This document shows, in pieces, positions 60,998 through 64,000 of a stretch of 64,000 bases of DNA. The stretch is from Asterionella formosa (Eukaryota). Each line of letters starts with the position of its first letter. Position 1 is the first letter of the stretch. The DNA lies in the NCBI GenBank assembly GCA_002256025.1, contig NKIB01012947.1, positions 1 to 64,000 on the forward strand, given 5' to 3'. The notes below the pieces were generated by a model. It ran no database searches and was not told the origin of the DNA. It saw nothing but the letters and a program-made list of their open reading frames with translations. Position numbers and translations under genes: made by a program.

Positions 60998-63900
60998 TGT
61001 CACGTACACACATAGTTTTGGAGAAATTATTTTAGGAAATGAGAATCCGAATCCCGGTATGAATTAAATTACCTACTACATATTGAATCGAATGAATCAA
61101 AAAAGAATATGGTACCAGAGAAAACTCAGAATTCGAAAACAATCTACATCGCCAGTAAAACCCATATTTCTATTAAAACTCTTAGGAACGATTTCAATCG
61201 ATTTCAGACATATCGTTGGTTATATCTACAGCCTATTTGGTCCCTGACTTGTCCTTACAGGATACAAGAAAGCAATAGAGGGCTTCGGGACACAGTTTAA
61301 ACAGTTTTAATAGAATTAGCCGGCCAGGAAGAGCCGTAATATTACAATCAACAACAGGCGGACCGTGGAGAGTCCGGAGACAAGATTTGAGGGTACCAGA
61401 CTATCCAGAGTCTGAAGAAGACGCTCAAGGCATATAATGAGTGGCAAAGGAAGGTTTTCCAAGAAGGGCAGCTCAGGCCAAGGGCAAGTTTCAAGCCAAG
61501 GGAGGGAGCAATAATGCTTCTCATACCATCAAGAAGTCAGTAAATGACTTTAACTACTACCTTGGATCAGCAAAGCAGGCATCTGATTATGAGACTACTA
61601 CTGATTACCTCATCAACTACATCAATAAAGTGTTCGACTATGGCAATGACATAGGAACCGCACTTGAGTTATTAGAAAGCACATTGGCATGTAAGTCAAG
61701 AATGCAGCTTAGCTCTGCAACAACAGGAGGAGATTGCACTGCAGAGAATCGGCAATTTGAGATTGAATTTAATGCCAATTACGATGCGTATAGCAAGATG
61801 ATACAGACATATGAAAATAATAACACTGAGGCATATGCGTTGCTCTGCTGGGAAAGATGCCACAAGGCCATGAAGAACAAGATCGAAGTGAGATCTGATT
61901 ACAATAGGATCAAATATAACCCAATAACATTGCTTATGGCAATTAAAGAACATGCTTAAATTTTCATGAGAATCGATATTCAATGGCGATCATTTTAGAT
62001 GTGATGAGAAGGCTTTTAAAAACAAAGCAAAAAGAAGGAGAAAGTCTACAAGACTACACCAAGAGATTTCGGGTGGCACGAGATGTGCTCAAGTCACACA
62101 TTGGAGGACCCATTATCCTCACCAAGTTCGTTGAAGCCATGGATGGTTACAACAAGACCAACATCAAGCTACAAGATAAATTTCGCAAACAAGCTTTCAG
62201 TCAATTTCTGGCCTATTTGTACCTTGATAATGCAGATAAGGCCAAATATGGATCAATTATGACCAGAATGAAAACTCAACAGTCACTCGGCAATGATCAA
62301 TACCCAAAGAGTATACCAAATCAAATAATGTTCTCAGGAACCATAGGTTCGACGTAACAAATAAATCCAACACTCACAAAAACCAGGAGATCATAATAAA
62401 GACAGGGAACAAAAGGATGCAAGGAAGGAAGATGAACATGTGAACTTATCGTTTGCACAGTTAGAAAGAAAATGTTACTGCTGTGGAAGAGCTGGACATA
62501 AATCACCATCATGTCGCAAGAAGAATAAACCCAAAGAGGAATGGGCAATCAACAAGGCCCAACAAAGCCATGCACAGGCTACTACATCAGACATGAATAT
62601 GGCTACCTCTGTTAATTCCAACAAACCACTGTCATCACAAGCTTCACAACAAGCAAATATCAATCAAGTTGGATGGGTGGTACTAGCTCATATCAAACTA
62701 CAATTTTACCAAGCATCTAAGATGCATGACTGGATACTATTGGATAATCAATCAAGTGTCACAGTCTTTTGCAATCCAAAAATGGTTGAAAACATTCGAA
62801 TGTCGACCAATGGAAGCATACACCTGGCCACAAATGGTTGATCCATGATCAATAATATGAAGGCTGATCTTCCACAATGGGGAGAAGTATGGTTCAATGA
62901 CAAGGCAATCACCAACATCTTCAGTTATGCCGAAATGGCAGATAGGTACAGGATTACCTACCACTCTGAGAAAGAAGATGCATTTATTGTTCATTTGCCA
63001 GACAAATCAGTTTGATTCAAAACAATTGGGATGAATTTATATGTTTTCAAGCCTCCTACAACTATTACAGTTGAAGAGAACAAAACAGACTACACTGAAC
63101 GTCAATTTGAGAGGTCAGGCAAGTTCGTGATCTATTTCATGCCTTGGGCACACCATCGATTAACGATTTCAAGGCAATAATTTGTATGAATACGATCTAA
63201 AACAATCCAATGACTACCGATGATATCAAAACTGCAGAGAAAATTTTCGGACCTGACATCGGACCACTAAAAGGCAAGACAACTTGTTGCAAGCCGCTGC
63301 CAGTCATGAACGACTACATTGAGATTCCTAAGGAGCTTATTCAAGCTCAACGCAAAGTGACTCTTTGCTTGGATGGAATGAAAGTGAATGGACAATCATT
63401 TCTCACAACAATTTTTCAAAACATTATGTATAGGACAGCGCAATGGGTCAAGAGTCAGGCAGCTGATGTCTATCAAGATGCTTTGACTCAGGTATTCCGT
63501 GTTTACAATACCGGAGGATTTAAAATTACAAAAATCCACTGTGACAACGAGTTTCGGCCTTTGATGGAACAACTTTCCAATGAATTTCAAGTCACTATGA
63601 TGATCTACGCGAACCCAGAAGAACATGTTCCTGAAGCGGAACGAAACAATCGAGTGATTAAAGAATGCGTACGCGCAGCTTATCATCGATTACCTTTCAA
63701 ACATTTGTCACGACTGATGATTAAGATTCTAGTCACAGAATCTGCAAAGAAACTGAATTTCTTTCCGGCAAAGAACGGTATATCCCCATATTACAGTCCT
63801 CATATGATTTTACATCAACGAAACCTGGACTATGCTTGACATGACTGCCAGTATACATTTGGCACTTGTGTCCAAGCACATGAAGAACCGGCGTTTTCAA

Positions 63901-64000
63901 ACACTGGTAATGCACCACGCAGCCTAGATTGCATTTATCTACGCTACAATGACAATGTGCAAGGAGGTCATGAATTATTACAACTACCAAAAAATTCATT
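60998..64000 (+). mobile_element. Ty1/copia (CoDi-like) LTR retrotransposon, frameshifted, running off the window end; putative 5' LTR 60998-61210
   Basis: TGTC...GACA bounds the candidate LTR. Gag has KQKEGESLQDYTKRF and the CCHC knuckle CYCCGRAGHKSPSC. Protease WILLDNQSS and integrase IHCDNEF...NPEEHVPEAERNNRVIKE follow directly (copia order), with several stops and frameshifts. Confidence 0.9.

Noticed and set aside
61110..61120. tggtaccagag as a tRNA-iMet primer-binding site
   Set aside because: It has one mismatch to the usual tggtatcagag, lies inside the candidate LTR, and is also explained by the common GGTACC motif.

Overview
This is a eukaryotic nuclear window, most likely from a diatom. 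The inference rests on short GT-AG introns, bipartite plastid presequences with an A-F cleavage motif, and diatom-type Ty1/copia (CoDi-like) elements. About 15 intact protein genes are present: S1-NKAP, XRN2, a PHD/PZP chromatin protein, a ZIP metal transporter, an MRH-GH47-PA EDEM-like mannosidase, a plastid SlyD-MsrA fusion, an ankyrin protein, carnitine acetyltransferase, plastid dihydrolipoamide dehydrogenase, ORMDL, two secreted ankyrin paralogs, HGD, a double-domain sulfotransferase and a 2-hydroxyacid dehydrogenase. The window also holds a decayed P-type H+-ATPase, a TTAA-flanked Harbinger-type transposon with related non-autonomous copies, two copia relics, foldback elements and a tRNA-like relic. 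The most striking features are (i) clusters of short GGTACC/TACCGGTA/TACCWGGTA palindromes upstream of most genes, with one case caught expanding between two repeat copies, and (ii) three domain fusions that join consecutive or physically linked steps of one pathway: OS-9-type lectin plus EDEM, S1 plus NKAP, and SlyD plus MsrA. All calls come from motif recognition by eye; no searches were run, and approximate boundaries are marked ~.
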